Virus record (IMG/VR): IMGVR_UViG_3300032373_001207
Coordinates: 1 to 51,874 of that record
Length of the DNA: 51,874 nucleotides
Strand: one strand, 5' to 3'
From: a virus
Taxonomy: Duplodnaviria > Caudoviricetes
Positions 36,709 to 47,700 of the stretch are shown here, piece by piece. How positions within the stretch are numbered: the first letter of the stretch is position 1; every line of letters starts with the position of its first letter. The position numbers and the translations under genes are program-made. Below the pieces are notes generated by a model. It did no database searches and was not told the origin of the DNA. It was given only the letters and a program-made list of their open reading frames with translations.

Positions 36709-37854
36709 ATGGCCATTTCTGATGAAACCAAAAGCGGCCCGGTATCGGCGCTGCGCTACAGCTCAAACCGCTTCCCTGGCTTTGGTCAGCGCGCGGTGAG
36801 TGGATATAGCGCGCCGAGTGCTGCATCGTCTCCTGCGACCGCCCCATCCCCAATCAGTTCAAAGGGTTCAAATCCGCTCTGGGGGGTCAGGGCCAACGAC
36901 GGTGGGGACGGGGAAAAAAATAAACCAACAAAAACACCTCCATCTCCACTTGATCAAATGCAGCTTGAAAAAGGTTACCAACTCCACGCGGCCTTGAGTT
37001 CTCCAATTGGGCAACTCGGCACAGGCGTAGTGGGTGCCGTTCCTGGAATTGGCCAAGCCATTTCTGGCATTACCGGGATTGTAAAATCAGGAACTGGCGG
37101 CTGGCTCGCGTCAGGCCAGCGTAAGGGATACAACGCCGGACGCGAAAGCGGACTGACCAGCGATGAGGCAAATAGCACCACAAACGCAGGCCTTGGACCA
37201 GATGACTTCGAAAGTGCAGAAGGGACTGGAGGGCTCACAAAGGCAGGAGCATCTGGACACATTAATGATGGATATAGGCCCGGAGACGTAACCTCAGAGC
37301 CGTTGTCGGATGGTGGCGTATCGAACACCAATGGAGCTGGAGATGGAGGGGGCGGAGCATCGTTTTCTGATGGATCGTGGTCCGATGGTTCAGATACTGG
37401 GGGCTATAGCGATAACTGGTCCTCCTCTAAGTCAGACAGTTGGGGTGGAAGTTCCAGCGATAGCTCAGGTGGTTCCAGCAGCAGTGCATCTAGTTCCCGC
37501 GTTATCTGCACCCACATGATGCGCATTGGATTGATGGACATATCCCTATGGCGTGCGGATATGACGTTTACCGCTCAGTACGCATCACCAACCATGGTGC
37601 GGGGCTATCACTTCTGGGCCATTCCATATGTCCGGCTGATGCGCCGTGATGGCTTAATCGGGCGTTTGGCGGTGCAGGTCATGGAGCCTATTGCCCGGAA
37701 CCGTGCGGAAGAGCTGGCGTACCAGCTCGGCAAACGCAACACACCAAACTATCGCGGCAAACTGGCTCGCCTCATTCTCGAACCTCTGTCCTGGTTGATC
37801 GGCTGCGTGGTCGAACAAAAGGACTGGCGCGCGCTCTATATGGATAAGGGGTAA
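36709..37854 (+). CDS. Putative internal virion protein, Gly/Ser-rich, with C-terminal VICT domain
   Basis: Ser-rich linker then VICTHMMRIG...GYHFWAIPYVRLMR. Confidence 0.65.
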   Translation: MAISDETKSGPVSALRYSSNRFPGFGQRAVSGYSAPSAASSPATAPSPISSKGSNPLWGVRANDGGDGEKNKPTKTPPSPLDQMQLEKGYQLHAALSSPIGQLGTGVVGAVPGIGQAISGITGIVKSGTGGWLASGQRKGYNAGRESGLTSDEANSTTNAGLGPDDFESAEGTGGLTKAGASGHINDGYRPGDVTSEPLSDGGVSNTNGAGDGGGGASFSDGSWSDGSDTGGYSDNWSSSKSDSWGGSSSDSSGGSSSSASSSRVICTHMMRIGLMDISLWRADMTFTAQYASPTMVRGYHFWAIPYVRLMRRDGLIGRLAVQVMEPIARNRAEELAYQLGKRNTPNYRGKLARLILEPLSWLIGCVVEQKDWRALYMDKG

Positions 37855-37858
37855 GACC

Positions 37859-38575
37859 ATGGGATGGTTTTCAAATGTAGTAAGTGCAGCCACGAACTTT
37901 GTGACCGGTGGCGGCGGTGACGTGAGCTCAGAGTTTCTGAATGCTGCGGTCAGTCTCGGTGGTGATGTTCTCGGTTCTACAATCGCCGGGAATGCCAACC
38001 AAAAGGCAGCTAAGACGGTGGCACAGGGGTATCAATCCCAGGCGGACGCCATCAGCGCGGGCAACAATGCCGCCCAAGATCGGTTTGATCAAATCATCGA
38101 ACAAGGTCAGCCGGCCACGGACTACCTACGCCGCGTTGTGGCCAGTGACCCCTACCAGCTCACCCCAGAGCAGCAGTCCGGACGCGAAACCGTATTGAGG
38201 GGCGCGCGCAACAGTTTAGCCGCTTCAGGGTTGCGTGGGGCCGGACGTGCTGGCGTTGCCGCCATCAACAATGCAGACGGTGCCTATCAGGATAAGGCCG
38301 TGTCCAGCAACATCAGGCGAGCCGATACGGCGGCAAATACGCTTTCGTCTCGTTCAAACACAGCCTCAATGACTGGGGCCCAGTACGACGTCAACACCGG
38401 CGCGCGCTTGGCTGGTACGAAGCCATTGGCCGCCGATAGTCAGGCCAGTGCGGATGTGGCGAACGCGGCCCTGGACGGATCGGTAATGGGGTCGCTTTCT
38501 AGCTTCATCGCCAGTGATGAGAAAGATAAGAGCCGCGACAGTCGTTACAAAGAGTGGAAAAAACCGGACGTCTAG
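37859..38575 (+). CDS. Putative DNA ejection protein (P22 gp7-like)
   Basis: Gly/Ala-rich; NSLAASGLRGAG; position. Confidence 0.65.
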   Translation: MGWFSNVVSAATNFVTGGGGDVSSEFLNAAVSLGGDVLGSTIAGNANQKAAKTVAQGYQSQADAISAGNNAAQDRFDQIIEQGQPATDYLRRVVASDPYQLTPEQQSGRETVLRGARNSLAASGLRGAGRAGVAAINNADGAYQDKAVSSNIRRADTAANTLSSRSNTASMTGAQYDVNTGARLAGTKPLAADSQASADVANAALDGSVMGSLSSFIASDEKDKSRDSRYKEWKKPDV

Positions 38576-38586
38576 GGGACATCAAC

Positions 38587-40212
38587 ATGGTCGAATTTAT
38601 AAAAGACAATCCGGTCACGCTTGGCCGTTTCCGCGCTCAAGAAGCACAAAGGGCGCAGAACCAGGACGCGCGGCTTGAGGAGCAGGGATTCCAACAACGC
38701 TACGCACACGATACGCAGGTTGGTGTTGATCGCGCCGTCCGTACCGCACTGGGTGGGTTTAATGCAGGGCAGCCTCCAACACCCAACGCCCAGCCGACGA
38801 ACGCCGCGCCGATGCCAGCAGGCGGCATGAAGGTAGGGGCCCAACCAACCGCACCAGCCACCAACCGGGCTTGGGCGCGCACCCCGGGCTTCAACCCAGG
38901 CGGTGGCGCGCAAAATCAGCGCCTCATTCGTGAATTGTCCAAGGTCGAAGGCGGTGGGGCCGAAGCCCTCAGGCGCTTTTCCCAGGACCAGACCCGGCAG
39001 AACAAGCGCACAGACGCCCTGGAAGACAAGGCCTGGAGCATGTTTTCGAACGCCAAGCATCCCGCTGACCTGGAAATGGCCAACTCAATGTATAAGCAGG
39101 CCACCGGTCAGGACCTACCGCCGCAGTGGCGCACCAAGCAGGCCGTCTTAAAGGCCGGCACGGTCGACGCCGCAGCGAGAGAGCGCTATCCGCGCGACAT
39201 CGTTCAGCGCCGCAAGTTCATCGAAGTCGGTATGACCCAGGGCTTGGAAGTGGCCCTTCGCCAGATGGCTGGTGAATCCGTTGTCACCGGAAAGCTCCAG
39301 ATGACGCCAAAGCAGGTCTACGACATGGCCGTGAAGGCGCACACCATTGAAGATCCAGCAACGTTAATAAAATCGACGGACTGGGGCAAGGTTCAGGCTT
39401 CGATGGATTCCTATGGGTTTGGTGATCAAGGCAGAGCCATTATTGGCGGTGGTGTGGTAGAGGCCGCAGGAGCTGGTCCTGGCATGGATACAAAAATGGC
39501 TATGGGCCGCGCCCGGGCAGAAGCGGATAGTCAGGCTGGACTATTCAGCACCGACGCCACCGACTTCAAGGCTGACGGCGGCAACCGTGAAGCTTTCATC
39601 ACCCGCCGAACGCAGCAGATAATGGCCGGGCTTGAAAATCAAGGTAGCCAGCCCCAGGCAGAGGCACCTGAGGTCCGCCAAGCCAGTGCATCAACAGCCC
39701 CTCAAGACCCAGCTCAGCGTGTAGTTGGGCAGGTCTATCGTTCGCCAAACGGTCAATTGGGCGAGTGGACCGGGCAGGGATGGAGGATCGTTGAGGGCGG
39801 CGCAGGTCAAGATGTCTCAACCGGTGATCCCGCGGCTCCGGTGGATAACGGTTACGGCCCCGCCCAGCCAAGCACATCCTTACAAACTGATGTGGACCCT
39901 CGTGAAGCCCGACGTATAGACGCGGAGGCCGAGCTTCAGGCGGCTGTGGCAGAGATGAACCAACTGATTGACGAAAATATGGCGCGCGAGGCCATGCGCA
40001 CAGAAGCCGCCCAAAATGGACATAGCGTTCCACAGTTTGACCACCGCGATAAACAGCTTCAGGCCGCTATGAATAATGCAGAACAACGCATCAGCCGCGC
40101 CCACGACAATCTCAGCAGCATCATGCGGTTTTGGAAAGAGCCGGTGGCCGCGGCTTCAGGGACTGATGAGGCCGTTAAGGGCGGCCTAAAAGGAAAGCAC
40201 TCTCAATATTAA
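38587..40212 (+). CDS. Putative DNA ejection protein
   Basis: AGGGGA RBS before MVEFIK; Gln/Ala-rich; position. Confidence 0.65.
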   Translation: MVEFIKDNPVTLGRFRAQEAQRAQNQDARLEEQGFQQRYAHDTQVGVDRAVRTALGGFNAGQPPTPNAQPTNAAPMPAGGMKVGAQPTAPATNRAWARTPGFNPGGGAQNQRLIRELSKVEGGGAEALRRFSQDQTRQNKRTDALEDKAWSMFSNAKHPADLEMANSMYKQATGQDLPPQWRTKQAVLKAGTVDAAARERYPRDIVQRRKFIEVGMTQGLEVALRQMAGESVVTGKLQMTPKQVYDMAVKAHTIEDPATLIKSTDWGKVQASMDSYGFGDQGRAIIGGGVVEAAGAGPGMDTKMAMGRARAEADSQAGLFSTDATDFKADGGNREAFITRRTQQIMAGLENQGSQPQAEAPEVRQASASTAPQDPAQRVVGQVYRSPNGQLGEWTGQGWRIVEGGAGQDVSTGDPAAPVDNGYGPAQPSTSLQTDVDPREARRIDAEAELQAAVAEMNQLIDENMAREAMRTEAAQNGHSVPQFDHRDKQLQAAMNNAEQRISRAHDNLSSIMRFWKEPVAAASGTDEAVKGGLKGKHSQY

Positions 40213-40508
40213 CTTGATTGACCAGCTTGTCCAAACGGGATGATCAAGCCACGTTGAAGCCCTTCAATGAGCAAGCGGCGGTCTACATCGTCCATGGGCA
40301 GAGTTACCTTCCTGGTGACACCATCAAGGATGTACGTCAGGCAATTGCAGTCTTCGCGATACATCGACCTTGCGGCTTGATCGAAGGCGGCGCGGTCCTC
40401 TTCGGCCATCGGCGGTAAGCCTTCGAGCATGAGCTCATAGGGCGTCTTATCCGCAGCAAGGGCAGGACCGACGATCAGAATCAAAAGAATGGATAAGGCA
40501 AATTTCAT
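40209..40508 (-). CDS. Secreted hypothetical protein (moron)
   Basis: Signal peptide MKFALSILLILIVGPALA. Confidence 0.65.
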   Translation of the reverse strand: MKFALSILLILIVGPALAADKTPYELMLEGLPPMAEEDRAAFDQAARSMYREDCNCLTYILDGVTRKVTLPMDDVDRRLLIEGLQRGLIIPFGQAGQSS

Positions 40509-40510
40509 CA

Positions 40511-40696
40511 CTAGTTCTTCCACCATGGTCGGCAGGGCTTATTCGTGCCGCAGACAAGCACCTCTCCAGTGATTTTGTTGACCTTCCATGCAAATGGGTG
40601 GCTGGGAGCTGGTTTTAACTCCCATATACCGCCGGACCAGAGGTATCCAATGGCAGCAACGACACAGATCAGGAGGATGGAGAGTTTTTTGTCCAT
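40511..40696 (-). CDS. Small membrane protein (moron)
   Basis: N-terminal TM helix; AWKVNKITGEVLVC. Confidence 0.65.
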   Translation of the reverse strand: MDKKLSILLICVVAAIGYLWSGGIWELKPAPSHPFAWKVNKITGEVLVCGTNKPCRPWWKN

Positions 40697-40736
40697 GGTG
40701 GCAATGGTGCCACAGGTAACAACCGAGAGTCGATAA

Positions 40737-40991
40737 TTACTTCTTCAGCCGGACTCCAGGCCCTTCTCCGTTCTCGTCGATGAAAATCACCCCGGCTGTT
40801 TCAAGGGCGGTGATTATACGGCTAATGTTTTCATATGTGCCACGTAGCGGCCCTTCGCCACCTTCCAACCTCTTTACTGTTGGGATAGAAATATCTGCCG
40901 CTGTTGCCAAGGTATTTTGGTCCCATTTAATCATAGCTCGTGCAGCTCGAAGCTGTGCGGAAGTGATCTGTGCGGACATTTTTTGATCCAT
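40737..40991 (-). CDS. XRE-family HTH regulator
   Basis: ITSAQLRAARAMIKWDQNTLA...TVKRLE...LETAGVIFIDENGEGPGVRL. Confidence 0.92.
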   Translation of the reverse strand: MDQKMSAQITSAQLRAARAMIKWDQNTLATAADISIPTVKRLEGGEGPLRGTYENISRIITALETAGVIFIDENGEGPGVRLKK

Positions 40992-41016
40992 TCGTACTTA
41001 AATTTATCTAAATGTA

Positions 41017-41045
41017 TTGACTAATTGGATATTGGTTGATACCTT
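41017..41045 (+). promoter_or_regulatory. Sigma70-type promoter
   Basis: TTGACT-17-TACCTT in an AT-rich divergent region. Confidence 0.6.
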
Positions 41046-41077
41046 TGTATCACGGTTAATACAAAGGAGCAACCCAA

Positions 41078-41284
41078 ATGGCAATGCAAGATAGGATCAT
41101 GGGGCACGTCGAAAATATCGTTCAGGTGGATTTCAGAGAGCCGCCTAAAGCCTGGAACCTTCGGGAGGTTGTCAGAAAACGCGGCATACCTAGAGGGCAG
41201 GGCGTTAACCGTCCTGATGTTGTTACATCAATCCGTCGACTTTCTAACGACAACGCCCCCATGCGAGAATTTATCAAAGGCTAA
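41078..41284 (+). CDS. Small protein, paralogue of 49849..50046
   Basis: AAGGAG RBS; NIVQVDFRE.PKAWNLR..VRKRGIPRGQGVNRPDVVTSI. Confidence 0.75.
   Translation: MAMQDRIMGHVENIVQVDFREPPKAWNLREVVRKRGIPRGQGVNRPDVVTSIRRLSNDNAPMREFIKG
41114..41234 (+). repeat. 121-bp direct repeat, copy 1 (copy 2 at 49876-49996)
   Basis: 13 differences in 121 nt by manual alignment. Confidence 0.92.
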
Positions 41285-41363
41285 AAACCCATGAAATTCT
41301 GGGCGAAGTGGTGTATGGTGTTGCCAGTTTGTTCTTGGCCGTAGGCTAGTTATTGGAGCCACT

Positions 41364-41654
41364 ATGAAGATCAAAATATCAGAAATCACACTCGGAGAAC
41401 GCCACCGCAAGGACATGGGCGATTTGCAGGGTTTGGCCGACAGCATAACGCGCCAGGATCTTTTGCAGCCCATCGGCATTACCGAAAGTAATCGTCTTGT
41501 TTTCGGGGAGCGTCGGCTTCGGGCTTGTAGAGACATCCTGGGCTTAGCAGAAATCGACGTGCGTGTTGTTGCCGTGACCTCAATTGTCGAGGGTGCCCAA
41601 GCGTCGGCGCAAAGGCAAATCTCTGCCCAAGAAGTAATCGGCGCATATAAGTAA
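41364..41654 (+). CDS. ParB N-terminal-domain protein, apparently truncated
   Basis: RHRKDMGDLQGLADSI...LLQPI...LVFGERRLRA; ends right after the domain. Confidence 0.75.
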   Translation: MKIKISEITLGERHRKDMGDLQGLADSITRQDLLQPIGITESNRLVFGERRLRACRDILGLAEIDVRVVAVTSIVEGAQASAQRQISAQEVIGAYK

Positions 41655-41663
41655 ACATAAACT

Positions 41664-41689
41664 AACCCCACACGGCGGGGTTTTTCTTT
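41664..41689 (+). terminator. Intrinsic terminator
   Basis: AACCCC...GGGGTT TTTCTTT. Confidence 0.6.
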
Positions 41690-41736
41690 GGGCGGCTCCT
41701 TACTGGGGCTGCCCTTTTTGTTGGAGAACTACGCAC

Positions 41737-44700
41737 ATGGCCGACCAACCCTTAAAGCTTGTTTCTGATGCGGAGTTCTTTGGTGAGCCCCAGCAACAAG
41801 AGATCACAAAGCCAACAGGGTTTCTCTCCGATGAAGAGTTTTTTGGTGAAAGGGTTAGTCCTAGCGGTCCAGTAGAACAAGACTCCAGCTTTACAGGCAG
41901 CGTGGCGCGTGGCGTCGATCTAGCCCAGGGCATGGGATACAGCTTCATTGAGGCCAGCGGCGAAGCAATGGGCTCTGATACCCTGAAGGATTTCGGCAAA
42001 GAGGGCCGCGAGCGCAACATGGTCGAGATGGGGCAGAACCCCCGTACCCAGAATTTCAAAGACATTGGAAGCTTTGGGGACGCTGTTGATTGGGCCAAAG
42101 AAACGGCTGGCGAACAGGCCGCCATGATGGCCCCGAGCATGGCGGGCGGTATTGGTGGTGCGGCCCTTGGCGCAGCAACCCCAATTCCCGGTGGTGCTGT
42201 AATCGGCGGCATCATCGGTGCCGTTGTGCCGTCATTTATCCTTGGCACTGGCGAAACCCAGATGGCCATTAAAGAAAAAGACCCCAATGCAGAAGCTCCG
42301 GGTATGGCATTTCTTGGTGGTTCGGCTATTGCGGCCCTTGATTCCGTGCTGCCGGGTAAACTTGGCTCGTATGTGGTTAAGGCCTATGGCAGGGAAACGG
42401 CTGAAGCAATTGTCCGGGAAGCCCTCAAAAAGCGTCTGGTCAAAGAAATCCCCAAGGGCATGGCGCTTGAAGGCGTTACCGAAGCCGTACAGGAAGCCAT
42501 CAGCGAGGCCGCTGCGGCGCATGGTACAGGGCAAGAGATTGACTGGAGTGGCCTACAAGACCAGATGATCGAGGCCGGAGCGGCAGGTGCCCTTATGGGC
42601 GGCGGTGCAACCGGTGCAACCGAGGTGGGCACTGCGATTATGCAGGGAAACCAAGCACCCACAGAACAAGACTTAGAAGACCAGATCAACGCTGAACGCG
42701 CCAAGAATATCGACGAGGGCGTGCGCGTTCTCAGCGGTGAAGAGGTGCAGGCTGCTCCGGACGTTTCTCCTCCGTTGAGTACGGCACAGCCCCTGGAGGA
42801 CGGGTTGCCCAACTCCGCGCCTCTAGGGGCAACCATGCCCGAGGGAACTGGCGAGCGCCACGCCCCCGTGAAGGCCGAGGTCCCCGTCGATGTGGACCTT
42901 GCCGCCACCCAAGCCAATACCGCCCCCTCTGACGCCCAGAAGGAAGCCGGGAACTACAAGAAGGGCCACGTAAAGGTACAAGGCCTGGACATCGCCATCG
43001 AAAACCCCAAGGGTTCCGTGCGTTCTGGTTCCGACGAAGACGGGAAAGCTTGGGAAACGGTCATGCGTTCCCATTACGGCTACATCAAAACGGCTGAAGG
43101 TGCGGATGGCGATAAGGTCGACGTGTTCATCAACACCGCCACCAATGGCATTGGCGAAACCGCTTTTGTTGTGGACCAGGTGGTGGGTGGCCAGTTCGAT
43201 GAGCATAAGGTGGTTCTGGGGGCCGAGAGCATTGCGGATGCCAAAGCTATCTACAGTGAGAACTATGCACCTGACTGGGATGGTATTGGTGCCGTCACCC
43301 CCATGCACATGGATGACTTCAAGACCTGGCTGAAGGATGGCAACACCAAGAAGCCCGTCGCATGGACCGCGCCGCTCGATGACCAACTCCCCGCCGATAT
43401 GCAGCCGGTTTCACGTGAAACAAATCAAGAACAAACGCCAGCCTTCAACGTTGATGCGCACTATGGCGCCGCCGTTGCCTTTGCTAAGGCCCAGGGCAAG
43501 AAGTTGACCCCATTGTTCCTGTCCAAGGCCCTTGGTGTGACCGGCAAAGAGGCTCGTGCCTTGTTGGACATCCTGGCCGCCCGTGGCGTCATTCGCAAAT
43601 CTAAGGACAAAGGCACCTATAGCCGCATTCCGGTGCGCAAGGGGCCTGTGGACGTGCTGACGTATATTGCTGACCGTGGTGGCCTGCGTGACGATGAGGG
43701 GCATGACCTGAAGAAGGGACGGGGCGGACAGCGCTTTATCCCCGGTGTTGGTCCCCTAATCCGCTCCAGTGGCCACGGTGTGGACGCTTTGGGCGAAATG
43801 CTCCATGAGGACGGTTACTTCGGCCCCTTGGACACGACGCCGCGCCCGACCGAGGCCCAGGTCCTGGAAGTGCTCGACCGCGCCCTGAGTGGCGAAAAGG
43901 TCTACATCCCCGAAGAAGCCCATCTCCCCGGCGAGACCCGCGCGGCAGAAGAAAGCAAGGCCGGCGAGGCTGAGGTGCGCACCCGCGTGTCCGAGCTTGA
44001 GCTGGACCTGAATGATGGCGAAGTCTCGTATGTTGCGGGCTGGGTTGGTCAGGGCATGTCCCTGGATGACGCCATCGCTGCCACCATCGAGCAGCGCACC
44101 GGGAAGTGGGCAGAAGCCCAAAACCCCACATTTGAAGACGAAGTGATCGACATTCCGTGGGATGAAATCATGCTCACGGAACCTGCTGACTTAGAGGCGG
44201 GAATCCGCTATACTGCCCCCAGGGTTGCGGAGCAGAGCTTCGATGCCCCATTTGCAAAGGTGACGAACGATGAACCGCGAACAGCGCCTCAAGATGGCCA
44301 GCCAGACCAGGACCGCCCTGGAGAAGCACGGGCACAAGATCGACCCGAAGGATCAGGCCGAGGGGCTGAGGCACGCCCGGAACCTGGAGAAACTGGCCGA
44401 GCACCTGCCGGACAAGAAAACCCAGGCTTAGCCACCGCTCAAACCGATCAAGCCCCCGCCGATACCGCGGGGGTTTCTGATTCTGTGTCAAAGACACCAA
44501 AGACGACACATGAACTCAATGCAGCTCGTGACCGCGTCTATCGCCCAGACAAGAAGCTTTATGGGTATTCAAGTGTAGACCTCTCAACCAATTACACCAT
44601 GGAAGAGCTCAACCAATTGAGACTTTCTGTAGAGACTGACCCCGCAAATCAGGAAGACACAGGGCTGTATCTATACACAAAACCAGCACGCTCAAAGTTG

Positions 44701-47700
44701 GACAAAATTGCTTGGGCCGTGCGCTACAAAATGGAAGAAAAGCGTAAGGCCGCTAAAGCTACCACCGAGACCGTCACCAACGTGGCTGGCGCGACCGAGC
44801 AGGGCGTTATCCCCGGTGCTGAGAAGATCAGCGACAAGGAACTGGCCGAGCGCAAGATGGCCGAGAAGAAGAAGTCCGATGTCACGCAGAAGGATGCTGG
44901 TTCGGATGGCGGCCTCTTCGACACCGGCGCGCGCGATCAGGGCGACTTGCTGGATGTCGCAGCCAAACCCGTTGTTTCTCATAAAACGGAAAATATTGAC
45001 GACAAACCCAAGGCCAAGAATCCGAACGGCACCGACTTGCTGGGCGATAAGGCCAAAATCACCGACAAGGGTGTGGAGATGTATGCCGCTGCCATGCCGA
45101 GGGGGGCTGCATACACCCAGTTGGTTGCCGACCAGAACCATTTTTCGAGTGAAGTAGATGACGCACTTGCGGGAAAGCGTAAGGGCTCTCGCGCTTTTCT
45201 TACCGTCGGGGAAACACCCCTGATCCTTAATCGTCTTGGCGTTAAACGCAAAAAACTGATGATGCGGGCCTCAAAGCCGCAGGAGATTTTGGACACCCAC
45301 GACGGCATGACCATCGACCTGATCAAACGGGCGCCGACCCTGATAAGCGATCCGGTTATGGTCATGAAGTCAGGCAGCCGTGGCAATCCCCATGCGTTGG
45401 TTGCCGTGCTGAATGAAGTGGATGCAAACGGTGAATTGCTGGTGGCCGTGGTGACGCCAGCCACTGGGCGGGTGCAGGTGGATACTTTCAGTAGCGCATA
45501 TGGAAAGACCACCAATCCGCAAAGGTTCATTGATGACGCGGTGGCGCAAAAAAGAGTGCGGTATTACAACGAAGAAATGGCGCTTAACCACCCCGGCATC
45601 ACTGGGGTCCAATTCCCCAGGTGGGGGGCGGTTAAGCGCCACATTCCAAATGTACTCTCACACGACGATTTCGTCAAGGCACGCGCGCAAAAGCCCGATG
45701 TTTACAGTGTTCTTGGTGAGTATTCGTGGAAGGATTCTGTGGACCGCAAGAAGCTGGTTGAGCAGATTATTGCCATTCATAAACGCATCGCACCGAAGAC
45801 GGACATCGAAGTCGTTGAACAACTCTTTGGCAATATAGAGGGTCGGGGCCTCGAAGAGGTTGGCGGCGTCTACAGTCCGGGGAAAAACCTTGTTCGTGTT
45901 GCGGTCGATTTTGGCAATGCCGAGGCGCTTGTTCGTCATGAGGACATCCATGCCCTGCGCGATATGGGGATGTTCACCAAAACCGAATGGAACATTTTGT
46001 CGCAAAAGGCCAGAAGGCAGTGGATCGAAGATTACAAAATTGATGTTCGGTACCCTAAGCACTCGAAGGAGAAGGCTGCCGAAGAGGCTATTGGTGATGC
46101 GTTCGCAGATTACATGACCGGAGATGCACGGTTTTCGCCCGTTATTCGCCGTATCTTCGACAAGATCAAACAATTCTTTGAACGCCTGGGGAACCTTCTG
46201 AACGGGCAGGGCTATCAGAGCGTTGAAGACATATTCGACCGCGTTGAGCGCGGTGACGTCGGAAAGCGGCAGGCCAACCATGATACGGATGCAACAAGTT
46301 CAATTGACGACCTGTATAGCGTTGACGAAGACCCTATCTCAGAGCTGGCATCGTCCAAAGACTTCGCCGAGCGCGCGGCAGAGACCCTGCAAACCCCGGA
46401 GCAGAAGCAAGGGGCGCTGAAGACTGCCCTGGATGGGGTGAGGGATTTCGTTACATCACCGGCCATCCCCCATGCCAAGGACTTGAACTGGTTCCAGAAG
46501 GCCATGGTCCACCCCCGCATGATCGCGGAGATGTTCCCAAAATTCACGCCGGTATGGTTAGCGGCCGAGAAGCAGTTCAAGCGCCGGGACACCATCAACG
46601 CCGAACTGACCAGCATCATGGAGCCTTACCACGCCCTGGAGCTCGACAGCAAAGCGCGTGTGCATGCGGTGCTGGAGCTTGGGCGTTTGCAAGGAGAAGT
46701 TATCGACAGCAAAAACGTGGGCCTCACCAACACGTGGGGCGATACGGATATGTCGAAGCTGGGCGAACGGATCAACCTGACCGAAGACGAGTCCAAGGCC
46801 TATCACGCCGTGCGCAAGACCATGGATAGGGTTCTCCAGCTTTACACGAAGCAGGTGCTTAACGAATGGGGATATGACCAGAAGGACAGCCCCAAGACGT
46901 CCGCAGAACTAGAGGCCCTATCCAAGGAGCTTTATGAAAAGGCCAAAGATGCTGAGAGCCATGAAGAGGCTAAGGACCTAAACCGCGAAGGCGACACAGC
47001 TAAGGAAGCCGCCAAGATCATCGGCGAAATTGAGGCCGCAAAGGCAACGGGATATGTGCCATTCAGTCGTTTTGGAGACGTTGGTATAACGGTGCGCGAC
47101 AAGGGTAATTCTGTGGTGCATTTCGAGAAGATCGAAGTGGGCGGAGCCGTTGGCCGTCTGGTCAACCGCAAGAAGGTCCAGGATGTGCGCCGTCGCTTAA
47201 TGGAGCAATACCCTAAATCCAAAGGCTACGCTGTTGGGAACGCGCAACAGATGACCAACGCCGCCGACATGGCAGCGGCAGGCCTCAAGATCGGAGACAT
47301 TGATGCGCTGGCGGATATCGCAGGCATTGAAGATTCAGAGTGGGCCGGAACGCGGGAGAAGCTGAACAAAGCCACCATGAAGGCTGGCTTTCGTAAGCAC
47401 TTCATTGGTTCCAAAAAAACAGCAGGGTACTCCACGGATTTTGAGCGCTCTCTTGCGGATTCAATTACCAGCGTCAGTTCCTATCTTGCGCGCCGCGAAG
47501 TGCGTGAAGAGATGGAGCAGGCGCAGGCGCAGCTCGCTTCACCTCAGAACAAACAAACGAACCTTTATGAGTATGCCAAAACCTATGGAGACTACGTTCA
47601 GTCCCCTGGTGAGAGTTTGCAGTGGTTCCGGAGTTTGAATTTTTTCTATTATCTGTCGGGAAATGTCAGCAGCGCCGTGGTCAACCTGACACAGGTGGGG

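Noticed and set aside
39907-39942. Second gapped match to the NN series (ARRIDAEAELQA)
   Set aside because: Only 6/12 dinucleotides and 15/24 nt; treated as background from acidic helical coding
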